Of a stretch of DNA of 64,000 nucleotides, positions 36,040-45,417 are shown in pieces (the first letter of the stretch is position 1; every line of letters begins with the position of its first letter). Origin of the DNA: Eubacteriales bacterium (GTDB lineage: Bacteria; Bacillota; Clostridia; Oscillospirales; CAG-272). The notes beneath the pieces are model-generated. The model saw nothing but the letters and a program-made list of their open reading frames with translations, was not told the DNA's origin and made no database searches. The position numbers were made by a program, and so were the translations under genes. The stretch lies in the NCBI GenBank assembly GCA_045658225.1, contig JAZOUO010000068.1, forward strand, positions 4,509-68,508, given 5' to 3'.

Positions 36040-36903
36040 ATGGCAAAGACCACTATCGGAATTTTATACGACTTTGATAAAACTCTCTGCACGACGGATA
36101 TGCAGGAATATGATTTTATAAAAAATCTTGGAATGGACTCAAACGACTTCTGGGGCGAAGCGGCAAAGCTCACCCGCGAGCGCGAGGTTGAAAAAATACT
36201 TGCGTATATGATGATAATGATCCGCGAGTGCAAAAAGCGAGGAATTCCGCTTACGGAAGAGTACCTCAAGAGCTGCGGTGAGAACGTCGTGCTGTACAAG
36301 GGTGTGCTTTCGTGGTTTGACCGCATCAATGACTACGGCGAGTCGCTCGGCGTAAACATCGAGCATTATATCATTTCCTCGGGTACGTATGAGATAATTC
36401 AGGGAACTCCTATCGCAAAATATTTCAAGAGAATTTACGCGTGCAGATATATGTACGACGAAAACGGTGAGGCAGTCTGGCCCGCCTTGGCGATTAACTA
36501 CACCCTTAAAACTCAGTATATTTACAGAATTTCCAAGGGTATTCTTGACGTGACGGACGACTACAACCTCAACAGACTTCAGGACGATAGCCTGCGCCGT
36601 ATCGCGTACCGCAATATGATATATATTGGAGACGGAATGACCGACATTCCTTGTATGAAGATGGTAAAGCAGAAGGGTGGAAAGTCTATTGCGCTGTATG
36701 CCTCGGGCAAGAGTGAGACGGTAAAGCCTCTTGTTGACGACGACCGTATCAACTATGTCTGCGTAGCGGATTATTCCCAGAACTCAACGCTTGATAAGAT
36801 CGTCAAGCTTATGATAGAAAATATGGCAACTCTTGAAAAGCTCAGAGCAAAGGAAGAAATGCAGCTCTCGCAGTATAGACGAGCCAACGAAAAGGATAAT
36901 TAA
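36040..36903 (+). CDS. HAD-superfamily hydrolase
   Basis: The ATG at 36040 follows AAAAGGGGAAG. DxDxT motif ILYDFDKTLCTTD and C-terminal GDGMTDIPCM (HAD motif IV). Confidence 0.75.
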   Translation: MAKTTIGILYDFDKTLCTTDMQEYDFIKNLGMDSNDFWGEAAKLTREREVEKILAYMMIMIRECKKRGIPLTEEYLKSCGENVVLYKGVLSWFDRINDYGESLGVNIEHYIISSGTYEIIQGTPIAKYFKRIYACRYMYDENGEAVWPALAINYTLKTQYIYRISKGILDVTDDYNLNRLQDDSLRRIAYRNMIYIGDGMTDIPCMKMVKQKGGKSIALYASGKSETVKPLVDDDRINYVCVADYSQNSTLDKIVKLMIENMATLEKLRAKEEMQLSQYRRANEKDN

Positions 36904-36908
36904 AGCTA

Positions 36909-36940
36909 AAAAAAGGAGCTTCAATTTGAAGCTCCTTTTT
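36909..36940. terminator. bidirectional terminator between the HAD gene and spo0A
   Basis: aaaaggagcttca-att-tgaagctccttttt. Confidence 0.8.
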
Positions 36941-36946
36941 GGTTGT

Positions 36947-37729
36947 TTAATAAAGCTTATATTTCAATCGGAGATTATCAGCTATCATTGCGATAAACTC
37001 GCTATTGGTGGGCTTGCCTCGGTTGTTTTGGATGGTATAGCCAAAATAAGAATTGAGCGTATCCACGTCGCCTCTGTCCCACGCTACCTCAATAGCGTGA
37101 CGGATAGCACGCTCGACGCGGCTTGTGGTTGTGGAATACTTCTTTGCAACGGAAGGGTAGAGAACCTTGGTCACGGAATTGATGATGTCGGAGTCATTTA
37201 TGGTAAGGAGGATCGCAGTGCGGAGATACTGATAGCCCTTGATGTGCGCGGGAATGCCTATCTGATGGATTATTCGCGTGACCTGCGCCTCAATGTCGGG
37301 CGTTTCTTCTGCTGCGGGCTTTGCGGTGTAAAACTCGGGTGAGCCCGAGTTCTTTCTCTTTTTGAGCAGATTTTCTATGTGCTGAATGAGATTTGAAGTA
37401 TTGACGGGCTTGATAAGGCAGACGTCAGCTCCTGCCTCAAGCGACTGAACGAAAATATTTTGGTTGGAGATGGGCGAGGTCATAATTATGATAGGTGCGC
37501 GCTCTCGGCTTGATTTGATACTGCGCACAAGGGAAAGTCCGTCGAGCTTTGAGAGCCATATATCCGCGATAAGCACGTCGGGGTGCGTGCGGTTTATGAG
37601 TGCGAGCGCGTCCTCTCCGTTTGTTGCCTCGTCTATGTATCTGCATCCAGCGTGCGAGAGAGCCTCCCTCAAAATGTGACGCTGAGAATTATTTTCGTCG
37701 GCTATGAGTATTTTTGTTGTGTATTCCAC
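36947..37729 (-). CDS. spo0A: sporulation master regulator Spo0A
   Basis: Receiver domain (ILIADEN...[13 protein letters not shown]...LIKP) and the hallmark Spo0A C-domain, [31 protein letters not shown]...[17 protein letters not shown]. The start is a GTG 10 nt after AGGAGG. Confidence 0.93.
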   Translation of the reverse strand: MEYTTKILIADENNSQRHILREALSHAGCRYIDEATNGEDALALINRTHPDVLIADIWLSKLDGLSLVRSIKSSRERAPIIIMTSPISNQNIFVQSLEAGADVCLIKPVNTSNLIQHIENLLKKRKNSGSPEFYTAKPAAEETPDIEAQVTRIIHQIGIPAHIKGYQYLRTAILLTINDSDIINSVTKVLYPSVAKKYSTTTSRVERAIRHAIEVAWDRGDVDTLNSYFGYTIQNNRGKPTNSEFIAMIADNLRLKYKLY

Positions 37730-37901
37730 TTTGTTGTATCCTCCTGTAATAAGTTTTTATTGTTTACAGTAATATATTACCATAAATTGGGAGATTTTGC
37801 AATATAATTTACAAAAATTTCCAATTGTAAGATTAAACAAAGTTTTTCACTAAAAAATGTAAAAAATATCCAATTTATAAAATGTAGACATTTTGCGACA
37901 A

Positions 37902-37930
37902 AAAAGCCTTCCATACAATGGAAGGCTTTT
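37902..37930 (-). terminator. terminator after rluB
   Basis: aaaagccttcca-tacaa-tggaaggctttt, abutting the rluB stop and followed on the minus strand by a T-run. Confidence 0.75.
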
Positions 37931-38664
37931 TAACATTCCTTAAGATATTTTACCTCATCATCAGTCAGCTTGCGCCACTTGCCGACGGGGAGTGTGCCGA
38001 GGGTTATGTTGCCTATGGCGACACGTGTAAGCTTTTGAATTTTTACGCCGTGAGTCTCGCACATCCTGCGTATCTGACGGTTTCTGCCCTCGTAAAGCTC
38101 AAACTCTGCAACCGTTGTTTTGTTGCTTTGCGCGAGGGTTTTGACGGTCACGGGAGCAGTTTCTCTGCCGTCGATAACTATGGGCGTGCCAAGAGATGCG
38201 ACCTCTTGCTCGGACAAAACACCGCCGAGTGTGACGTGATAAATTTTCGGTATAGAGTGACGGGGGTGTGTGAGCTTGTTTGCGAGCTCGCCGTCGTTTG
38301 TGAGGAGCAAGAGTCCGTCCGAGTCCATATCAAGTCTGCCTATGGGGTAGAGACGAATACTTTTACCCGCGCTATCCTTGACGTCGCGACAAAGGTCGGT
38401 GACGTCCGCGCGACCCTTTTCGTCCGACGAGGTCGTCACGATTCCTCGCGGCTTGTTGAGCATTATACATATCTTCTCACCACTTGGCAGAGTGATACGC
38501 TTGCCCTTATATTCAACAACGTCGACCTCGGGGTCTATTTTTTGCCCAAGGGTAGCGATAACGCCGTTTACCTTGACGTTGCCTTTTTCTATTTCCGCCT
38601 CGGCGGCACGTCGGGACATTACGCCGCAGTCGGTAAAAAATTTTGATATTCTTATACTTTCCAT
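37930..38664 (-). CDS. rluB: pseudouridine synthase, RsuA/RluB family
   Basis: S4 domain ISKFFTDCGVMSRRAAEAEIEKGNVKVNG and catalytic GRLDMDSDGLLLLTNDGELANKLTHP. Confidence 0.88.
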   Translation of the reverse strand: MESIRISKFFTDCGVMSRRAAEAEIEKGNVKVNGVIATLGQKIDPEVDVVEYKGKRITLPSGEKICIMLNKPRGIVTTSSDEKGRADVTDLCRDVKDSAGKSIRLYPIGRLDMDSDGLLLLTNDGELANKLTHPRHSIPKIYHVTLGGVLSEQEVASLGTPIVIDGRETAPVTVKTLAQSNKTTVAEFELYEGRNRQIRRMCETHGVKIQKLTRVAIGNITLGTLPVGKWRKLTDDEVKYLKEC

Positions 38665-38672
38665 TATCCTGT

Positions 38673-39890
38673 TCAGTCGAATAGCGAGGCTATCCGTTCA
38701 AAAAAGTTAGTTTTGTATTTTGTTTGCTTGACGCTGTTCTGTGCACACATAGGCGAGCTTGCGATAATCTCTCCGTCAAGGTAAAATATAAGCGAGCCAA
38801 GCTCCTCGCCCTGACTGACGCCATTATAATAAAAGTGCGGAAGCTCTATGACGTACTCAATTTCTCCGTGCTCGCGCGGCAAGATCAGCGAGAGGGTATC
38901 CTTGTTTGCTACCGTGACGGACTCACTCTCGCAGTTTACAAGCGGCAGGGCATGAGAAAATTCGCCCATTTGGCAAAGCGTGACCGACTCGTAGAGAGAC
39001 GACGCGTAATCAAGAAGCTTTGTGTGGTCGCTCCAATCGGATGGGGCGTTCAGGGTGACGCAGATATATTCCACGCCGTCAATTTCCGCCGCACTGACAA
39101 GACATCTGCCACTTTTCTTGGTAAAGCCTGTCTTGACGCCTATTGCACCCTCGTAGCTTTTAAGCAGCTTGTTGTGGTTGATAAGGACACGCGTGCCCTC
39201 GGTCTTATTTAGCGGAATGGTGGTTTTATATGTAGAGACGATCTTGCGAAAGCTCTCATTTTTCATTGCCTCGCACGTGATTATTGCCAGCTCCTTGGCA
39301 GTTGTATAGTGATTTTCTCCGTCAAGTCCGTGCGGATTTTCAAAGCTGGTGTTTTGAAGTCCAAGCTCGGCTGCCTTTTTGTTCATCAGCTTTGAGAAGC
39401 CTTCTATGCTGCCGCCCACCTCGATAGCAATAGCCGCCGCGGCGTCGTTTGCAGACTCCAGAAGCATTGCGTACAAAAGGTTTTCCATAGTCAGCTCCTC
39501 GCCTGCGTACAGATATATAGACGAGCCCTCAACTCCTACCGCCAAGGGAGATACCTTTACCGTTTTTTGCACATCGCACCTCTCAAGCGCAACAAGCGCC
39601 GTCATGATCTTGGTGGTGGATGCCATAGGCATAGGCTTGTCACAATTTTTCGACCAAAGAGCCTCGCCGCTGGACGATTCAATCACTATCGCGCTCTGCG
39701 CAGATATATCACTCTGTGCGGGAATGTCCGCACCCTGCACAAGAGGCAGAGAATAGGTTGGAGAAAGGGGTTGTATGTCCTGCGAAAAAGCGCAGGAGAC
39801 GAGAAACAAACACAACAGAGCCGTCATCAAAATAACGGCTTTTTTGAAATTATTTTTAAAAATTTTACGCACGACAAACCCTCCGAGCAA
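38673..39890 (-). CDS. dacB: D-alanyl-D-alanine carboxypeptidase (S11, PBP5-type; dacB-like)
   Basis: SxxK ASTTKIM, SxN ESAND and KTG VKTGFT, plus an N-terminal signal/anchor and a C-terminal PBP5 domain. Confidence 0.85.
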   Translation of the reverse strand: MLGGFVVRKIFKNNFKKAVILMTALLCLFLVSCAFSQDIQPLSPTYSLPLVQGADIPAQSDISAQSAIVIESSSGEALWSKNCDKPMPMASTTKIMTALVALERCDVQKTVKVSPLAVGVEGSSIYLYAGEELTMENLLYAMLLESANDAAAAIAIEVGGSIEGFSKLMNKKAAELGLQNTSFENPHGLDGENHYTTAKELAIITCEAMKNESFRKIVSTYKTTIPLNKTEGTRVLINHNKLLKSYEGAIGVKTGFTKKSGRCLVSAAEIDGVEYICVTLNAPSDWSDHTKLLDYASSLYESVTLCQMGEFSHALPLVNCESESVTVANKDTLSLILPREHGEIEYVIELPHFYYNGVSQGEELGSLIFYLDGEIIASSPMCAQNSVKQTKYKTNFFERIASLFD

Positions 39891-39945
39891 AAGAAATACC
39901 TTATAAAAGTATATTTGCCCGAAAGGTTTTTTATGTCATTAGAGA

Positions 39946-40362
39946 TTACTCACCTTGAGACTCGTCCTCGTCTTTAGCAAAGAGTGCCTTGATCTTTGCG
40001 ATGATCTCGGGGGAACGGTCGATAAGCTCAGAGAGCTGCTCGATGGGATCGGTGGGGTTCTTGAGACCGACGTTTACCATCTCTGCCTTGCCGTCGGGAG
40101 CAATGCAAAGGAATCCAACAGGCTGAATGGATATACCAGTGCCGCCGCCTGCGCCGAAGTTCTGGGGCTTCGCGGACGCGTCTTTGCTGTTGAAGTCAAG
40201 ACCACCCGTAGCATAACCGACACAAACCTTGGAGATCGGGATTATGGTAGTGCCCGATGCGGTCTGAATGGGAGAGCCGATGACTGTATCGGCGTCGATG
40301 ATGTTCTTTACCTGCGACAGTGTAGCCGCGATTACTTCCTGGAGCTTGTTTTCTGATGCCAT
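39946..40362 (-). CDS. ytfJ: GerW/YtfJ-family sporulation protein
   Basis: VIGSPIQTASGTTIIPISKVCVGYATGGLDF...GAGGGTGISIQPVGFLCI is typical of YtfJ/GerW. Confidence 0.8.
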   Translation of the reverse strand: MASENKLQEVIAATLSQVKNIIDADTVIGSPIQTASGTTIIPISKVCVGYATGGLDFNSKDASAKPQNFGAGGGTGISIQPVGFLCIAPDGKAEMVNVGLKNPTDPIEQLSELIDRSPEIIAKIKALFAKDEDESQGE

Positions 40363-40401
40363 AACAAAAGTCCTTTCGTTTATATAAATAATAAATTATT
40401 T

Positions 40402-41199
40402 TCAGCTTTTTTTGGTCTGTGGCTTGCCCTTTGACGTGGAGTTGCCATTGGAACTTGATTTGCTCTTTGTCACTGTGGTCGTAGTCTGCTGGGGTTGAAT
40501 GTTGAGCCATTCGGTTATTGCTCGGACTATGACCTTGATAAGCACGCAAAGAATACCGAAAAGGTTCATAGAGAAGGACACTTTTATATCCATGTCTATT
40601 TTTTCGGAGAGATAGTCGGGCTCAATGCATATGTCGGCATTTTTTTTGCCGTGTATGTGCGAGTTCCTGTCAAGAATCGCTATCAGTGAGTCACACGCGG
40701 CGTATATGGTGTACCAACGCAGAGCCACTTGAGCCGCGTCGGGACCGCCGACCTTTATTTTTATGCGTGAGGTTTTTATGTGAAGATGTGAGAAAAACGT
40801 GGAGAAAAACAGTTCGAGAATGCCTGTGGCAGAGGTTATCATATCCGTCACAGCGGGACGACTCTCTCTTTTTTTCTTTCTGAGTGCTTTGCGCTCGGCA
40901 CGTGAAAGCTTTGCATCTGCCGCGCGTTTTGCCTTTTTCTTTGCTTGTTTTTCAGCTCTCTTGGCGGCTTTTTTGGCTTCAAGCTTTTTTCGCTTTGCCT
41001 CTCGCCGCGCTATTTTTTTAGGCGTGTAGTCGGACAACTTATATTTCTTTTCCTTTTTGGGAAGGACATTTATTCTGAATCCAAACGCCCAAATATTTAA
41101 TTTTAGCTGGTCTGAAAGCTCAATATTTATAAAAATGCGTACTGAAAAGAGCAATATGAGTATTGCAAGAATAATTAAAAATGCAATTATATATATCAC
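40402..41199 (-). CDS. YtfI-like (DUF2953-type) membrane-anchored sporulation-associated protein
   Basis: N-terminal TM MIYIIAFLIILAILILLF and a Lys-rich linker. It lies directly upstream of ytfJ, as in the B. subtilis ytfI-ytfJ operon. The family call is from context and memory. Confidence 0.5.
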   Translation of the reverse strand: MIYIIAFLIILAILILLFSVRIFINIELSDQLKLNIWAFGFRINVLPKKEKKYKLSDYTPKKIARREAKRKKLEAKKAAKRAEKQAKKKAKRAADAKLSRAERKALRKKKRESRPAVTDMITSATGILELFFSTFFSHLHIKTSRIKIKVGGPDAAQVALRWYTIYAACDSLIAILDRNSHIHGKKNADICIEPDYLSEKIDMDIKVSFSMNLFGILCVLIKVIVRAITEWLNIQPQQTTTTVTKSKSSSNGNSTSKGKPQTKKS

Positions 41200-41222
41200 T
41201 CCTCTCGTAAAATTCTTAATAT

Positions 41223-41870
41223 TTATTCAGTATCTTCTGCCTTTTCTGCGTTGTTCTCGATAGTCACGGTCGGTATCATCATACCAACCTCGCCGACAAG
41301 TCCGATGTTTGCGCCCTCGGTTTCACTTTCCACAGGGGCGGTGAACTCGCACTGTGGAAGCTCGTCAAGAGAGTTCAGTCCGAATACGCGCAAGAATTTT
41401 TCGGTCGTTGCGTAAAGCATAGGACGTCCCGGCGCGTCAAGTCTGCCGCAGCAGGCAATAAGGTTTTTGTCTATAAGTGAGGTCATTGCGTAGGACGAGT
41501 CAACTCCGCGCACGGAGTCAACGTAGGAACGTGTGACGGGCTGATTGTATGCAACCACTGCCAATGCCTCCATAGTGGAGTTTGAGAGGTTTCCGCCACG
41601 CTTTATGCCAAGCGCCTCGCGTATGTAGGGCATATATTCTTCCTTTGTGGAGAACTGGCAGGAGTCGGGGTACATAAGAAGCAGTATTCCACGGGTGGAG
41701 TTGTCGCTGTTGTACTCCTGCGACATAGCCTCGACTATTTTTTTGACGTCGGGGATAGAGAGTCCAAGCACCTCGGAAAGTCTTTCATACGCAACGGGAT
41801 GTCCCGCAGCGTAGAGAATTGCCTCAATAGCGCCCGATATATTTGTTAAAGTCATATTTTCTTGACTCAT
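41223..41870 (-). CDS. scpB: segregation and condensation protein B
   Basis: IEAILYAAGHPVAYERLSEVLG and AVVAYNQPVTRSYVDSVRGVDS. It overlaps scpA by 4 nt. Confidence 0.9.
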   Translation of the reverse strand: MSQENMTLTNISGAIEAILYAAGHPVAYERLSEVLGLSIPDVKKIVEAMSQEYNSDNSTRGILLLMYPDSCQFSTKEEYMPYIREALGIKRGGNLSNSTMEALAVVAYNQPVTRSYVDSVRGVDSSYAMTSLIDKNLIACCGRLDAPGRPMLYATTEKFLRVFGLNSLDELPQCEFTAPVESETEGANIGLVGEVGMMIPTVTIENNAEKAEDTE

Positions 41871-42691
41871 ACCTTGACCTCGCTTTCACTGAAGATGTCA
41901 ATTTGTTTGTTATCCGCGGGGGGGGCAACCCCAAATTCGCCTTTCACGTCGGAGGGGGGATTTTCATTTATCATAAATTTCGCTTCATCGCCCATAAGCG
42001 AGGAGATTCCACTGTCGTCGCCCGCAATAAGTATCTTTCGGGTCTTGATAAGCTCAAGAACACCAAGGAAGATTGCTATCATATCGTTGAGAGAAACCGA
42101 ATCCTCGAGAAGCTCACGGAGAGAGGTCTCCTTTTTTCTTGACATGTGGCTGAGAATTCCCACTATCTTGACCTCAACGGGAACTATTGGCTTACTTATC
42201 ATAGGCGTGAAGGTCTCGCGGTCGGGCATAGGACGGTTTTCGTTGTAGGTTATTATACGTCTGACTGCCAAAAGCAGACTTTCGGTCTCCTGATCCGCGA
42301 CAAAAGACTTATCTATTGATATTTCGTCGGTGTCCTTTTCAAGTCTGCCAGAGAAGCGAGCGTATTGCGGAAGCAGTTTTTTTGCGGCTTCCTTGGCTTG
42401 CTGATACTTGATAAGCATCTCAGCCAAGGCGGCTCTGGGGTCTTCTTCGTCCTCCTCGACCTTGGGGAGCAGCAGCTTACTCTTTATGAGCATAAGCTCG
42501 CTCGCCATAACGATAAACTCCGAGGCAAGCTCCATATCGAGCGCCTGCGCCTGCGCAATATACTCCATATACTGCTCGCAAATGAGATTTATCGGAATGT
42601 CCTCAATGCTGACTTTATTCTTTTGTATTAGGCTTAACAATAGGTCAAGCGGGCCCTCGAATTTTTCGAGGCGGTAGCTTAAAGCGTCCAT
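41867..42691 (-). CDS. scpA: segregation and condensation protein A
   Basis: YRLEKFEGPLDLLLSLIQKNKVSIEDIPI N-terminus typical of ScpA. Confidence 0.9.
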   Translation of the reverse strand: MDALSYRLEKFEGPLDLLLSLIQKNKVSIEDIPINLICEQYMEYIAQAQALDMELASEFIVMASELMLIKSKLLLPKVEEDEEDPRAALAEMLIKYQQAKEAAKKLLPQYARFSGRLEKDTDEISIDKSFVADQETESLLLAVRRIITYNENRPMPDRETFTPMISKPIVPVEVKIVGILSHMSRKKETSLRELLEDSVSLNDMIAIFLGVLELIKTRKILIAGDDSGISSLMGDEAKFMINENPPSDVKGEFGVAPPADNKQIDIFSESEVKV

Positions 42692-42715
42692 TGGGACCTC
42701 CAGTGGTGATTAGAT

Positions 42716-43432
42716 TCAGAGTAAAAGCTTGAAAAACAGAAGTTCAAAGGGGTATGCGACAAACGCCATTATTTTCTCCGCGATAAACGATGTCAGATAA
42801 ACGCCGAAAACTCGCGATAGAATAATACTGATAACAAGAATTATTATAAAAGAGTATCTTTCATACTGCATAAGCTTGAAATACCACTTTGCAGGGAGGA
42901 ATGCGGTGACGAATCTTGAGCCGTCAAACGGTGGCACGGGTATAAGATTAAACACCATAAATATAAAATTATACATTGCCGAAAGATTGAAGAACGAGTA
43001 TATTATATAAAACAGGTTTGAGGCAAACTCTGTTATTTCAGTCCCCATCATTACCTTTGTGGCTATGAAAGCCGTGAGAGTGGAAAGGAACGTGCTTATA
43101 ATACCTAAAATAAGATTTGCAAGCGGACCTGCGATGCCCGTGATAGCCATTCCTTTTTTAGGGTTGTCAAAGTTTCGCGCGTTTATCGGCACAGGCTTTG
43201 CCCAACCAAATCCGAATACTATCATACAAAGTGTTCCAATAAGATCAAGATGCTTTGTGGGATTTATAGTCATACGTCCGAGGTTGAACGCAGTTCTGTC
43301 TCCCATTTTATATGCCGCGTATGCGTGCGCCGCCTCGTGACAGGATAGAGCAAAAAGCACTATCGGTACGGTTAACAGTATCTGAATTATCGCTATTTTT
43401 ATATCTCCTGAGGAGAGAATAGAATAAAGCAT
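42716..43432 (-). CDS. M50 site-2-protease-family membrane metalloprotease
   Basis: HEAAHAYAAY zinc motif inside a polytopic membrane protein, plus the PVPPFDGS motif. Confidence 0.8.
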   Translation of the reverse strand: MLYSILSSGDIKIAIIQILLTVPIVLFALSCHEAAHAYAAYKMGDRTAFNLGRMTINPTKHLDLIGTLCMIVFGFGWAKPVPINARNFDNPKKGMAITGIAGPLANLILGIISTFLSTLTAFIATKVMMGTEITEFASNLFYIIYSFFNLSAMYNFIFMVFNLIPVPPFDGSRFVTAFLPAKWYFKLMQYERYSFIIILVISIILSRVFGVYLTSFIAEKIMAFVAYPFELLFFKLLL

Positions 43433-43469
43433 TATTATTCTCCTTGTATTTTATGAGGGATTCTCAAAA

Positions 43470-44768
43470 TTACAGGTCGTTTCTTACAATGTCCTCGTAG
43501 CTCTCGCGCCTGACTGCAACTCTTGCCACGCCGTCACGGACAAGTATCACGGGAGGACGGGGAATTCTGTTGTAGTTTGACGCCATAGAGTAGTTATACG
43601 CGCCTGTGACGAGAACTGCGAGAATATCGCCGCGAGATGCACGCTGAATTTCCATATCCTCGCCGATAAGGTCGCCTGACTCACAGCACCGACCCGCAAT
43701 AGTCGCCTTAAAATCACGGGGCATATCTGCGCGGTTTGCGATAAGAGCAGTATATTTTGACTGATAAAGCGCGTATCTGGGATTGTCGGGCATGCCGCCG
43801 TCTATGGATATGTAATTCTTGAAATTGGGGATCTCTTTTACCGAGCCGACAGTGTAAAGAGTGATTCCTGCCGCCGCGACGAGCGAGCGTCCCGGCTCAA
43901 GACGTACCTGCGGCATCTCAATATCATTTTCCTTGCAGTAGCTCTTGACTACGTTTGCAATATCGGAAATAGCCTCTGCATAGTTTATTTCGGGGTCTTC
44001 GTCTGTGTATCTGACGCCAAGACCGCCGCCGAGATTGAGCTCTTTTATGGTAAGATCACATTCGCTTTTTATCTTTGCGATGAATTTTATCATAATATCA
44101 GCCGCGTCAGAGAATGGCTGAATATCAAATATCTGCGAGCCTATGTGGCAGTGAAGTCCGCACAGCTCAACTCCTGCCATAGCGATAGCCGCCTTGACTA
44201 TGCTCATAGCCTGACCTGTTTCTATCGCGCTTCCGAACTTTGAGTCCACGCTTCCCGTATTTATTGCCTTGTGGGTGTGAGGGTCGATGCCGGGGGTAAT
44301 GCGGAGAAGTATTTTTTGTGTTATTCCGCGACGGACAGCCGCCGTGCTTACCGCGCAGAGCTCGTCAAAATTGTCAACGACAAATCTGCCGACACCCATA
44401 TCCATAGCGTCGGATATGTCGCGGTCGGTCTTGTTGTTTCCGTGAAAATAAATTTTTTCTGCGGGGAAGCCTGCCGCACGCGCGGTGTAAAGCTCGCCGC
44501 CCGAGACGCAGTCTATTCCAAGTCCTTCCTCTGCCGCGATTTTATAAATCTCCTTAAAGCAAAGAGATTTTGACGCGAAAAGAGGGAGCGCGCCGACACC
44601 GAAATTTGCCTCGGCGGCAGTAAGATATGTTCTCATATTTTCACGAATGACGTTTTCATCTATTATATAGGCGGGCGTGCCGAACTCGCGCGCAAGCTCT
44701 ACGGTATCAAGACCGTCTATGGTGAGATGTCCTTTATCATTTGTTGATAAGTGGGGGTAAAGTATCAT
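43470..44768 (-). CDS. lysA: diaminopimelate decarboxylase
   Basis: Fold-III PLP enzyme with LNLGGGLGVRY, EPGRSLVA and CCESGD motifs. Length is 432 aa. Confidence 0.9.
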   Translation of the reverse strand: MILYPHLSTNDKGHLTIDGLDTVELAREFGTPAYIIDENVIRENMRTYLTAAEANFGVGALPLFASKSLCFKEIYKIAAEEGLGIDCVSGGELYTARAAGFPAEKIYFHGNNKTDRDISDAMDMGVGRFVVDNFDELCAVSTAAVRRGITQKILLRITPGIDPHTHKAINTGSVDSKFGSAIETGQAMSIVKAAIAMAGVELCGLHCHIGSQIFDIQPFSDAADIMIKFIAKIKSECDLTIKELNLGGGLGVRYTDEDPEINYAEAISDIANVVKSYCKENDIEMPQVRLEPGRSLVAAAGITLYTVGSVKEIPNFKNYISIDGGMPDNPRYALYQSKYTALIANRADMPRDFKATIAGRCCESGDLIGEDMEIQRASRGDILAVLVTGAYNYSMASNYNRIPRPPVILVRDGVARVAVRRESYEDIVRNDL

Positions 44769-44795
44769 AATAAATTCCTTTTGTAGATTAACTCT

Positions 44796-45404
44796 TTAGA
44801 GTTTAACTCCCGTAAGCTTTGATATTTCAGACCAAAGCTCTGATTTGCCCTCGCCCTTGAGAGAGGAGAAGGGGATTATGGGAGTGCCCTCACGGATGAG
44901 AGGGTCGTTTGAAATAACGTCGAGATTATTTGCTCGCTCGGTCTTGTTGAGCTTGTCGACCTTTGTTATCACGAGTATATAGGGAATATCCGATGCGTTC
45001 ATCCAGTCTATCATCATAGCGTCGTCGTCGGTAATTCCGACACGGCTGTCAACAAGCTGAACTACGCCGCGAATAAGGTCGGCGTTTTTATTCTTGGTAA
45101 AATAACCGTCGGTGAGGGTGGACCATTTATCCTTTTCCGCGCGGTTTATCTGCGCGAAGCCGTATCCGGGCAGGTCGACGAGAAAGAGCTTTTTGTCCAC
45201 CTCGTAAAAATTTACGGTAATGGTCTTACCGGGAGTGGAGGACACTCTTGCCAGAGATTTTCTGCCGAGAATTGTGTTTATGAGCGAGCTTTTTCCCACG
45301 TTTGAGCGACCCGAGAGCGCGATCTGCGGAATAGGGTCGGTGGGAAATTGACTAGCAAAGCCCGCGGTCATTTTAAGATTGGTGTTTTGAATATTAAGTC
45401 CCAT
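44796..45404 (-). CDS. engB: ribosome-biogenesis GTPase EngB/YsxC
   Basis: GRSNVGKSSLIN G1 motif, DLPGYG G3 and TKVDK G4. It lies downstream of lon, as in Bacillus. Confidence 0.9.
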   Translation of the reverse strand: MGLNIQNTNLKMTAGFASQFPTDPIPQIALSGRSNVGKSSLINTILGRKSLARVSSTPGKTITVNFYEVDKKLFLVDLPGYGFAQINRAEKDKWSTLTDGYFTKNKNADLIRGVVQLVDSRVGITDDDAMMIDWMNASDIPYILVITKVDKLNKTERANNLDVISNDPLIREGTPIIPFSSLKGEGKSELWSEISKLTGVKL

Positions 45405-45417
45405 TATGAGGCTCCTG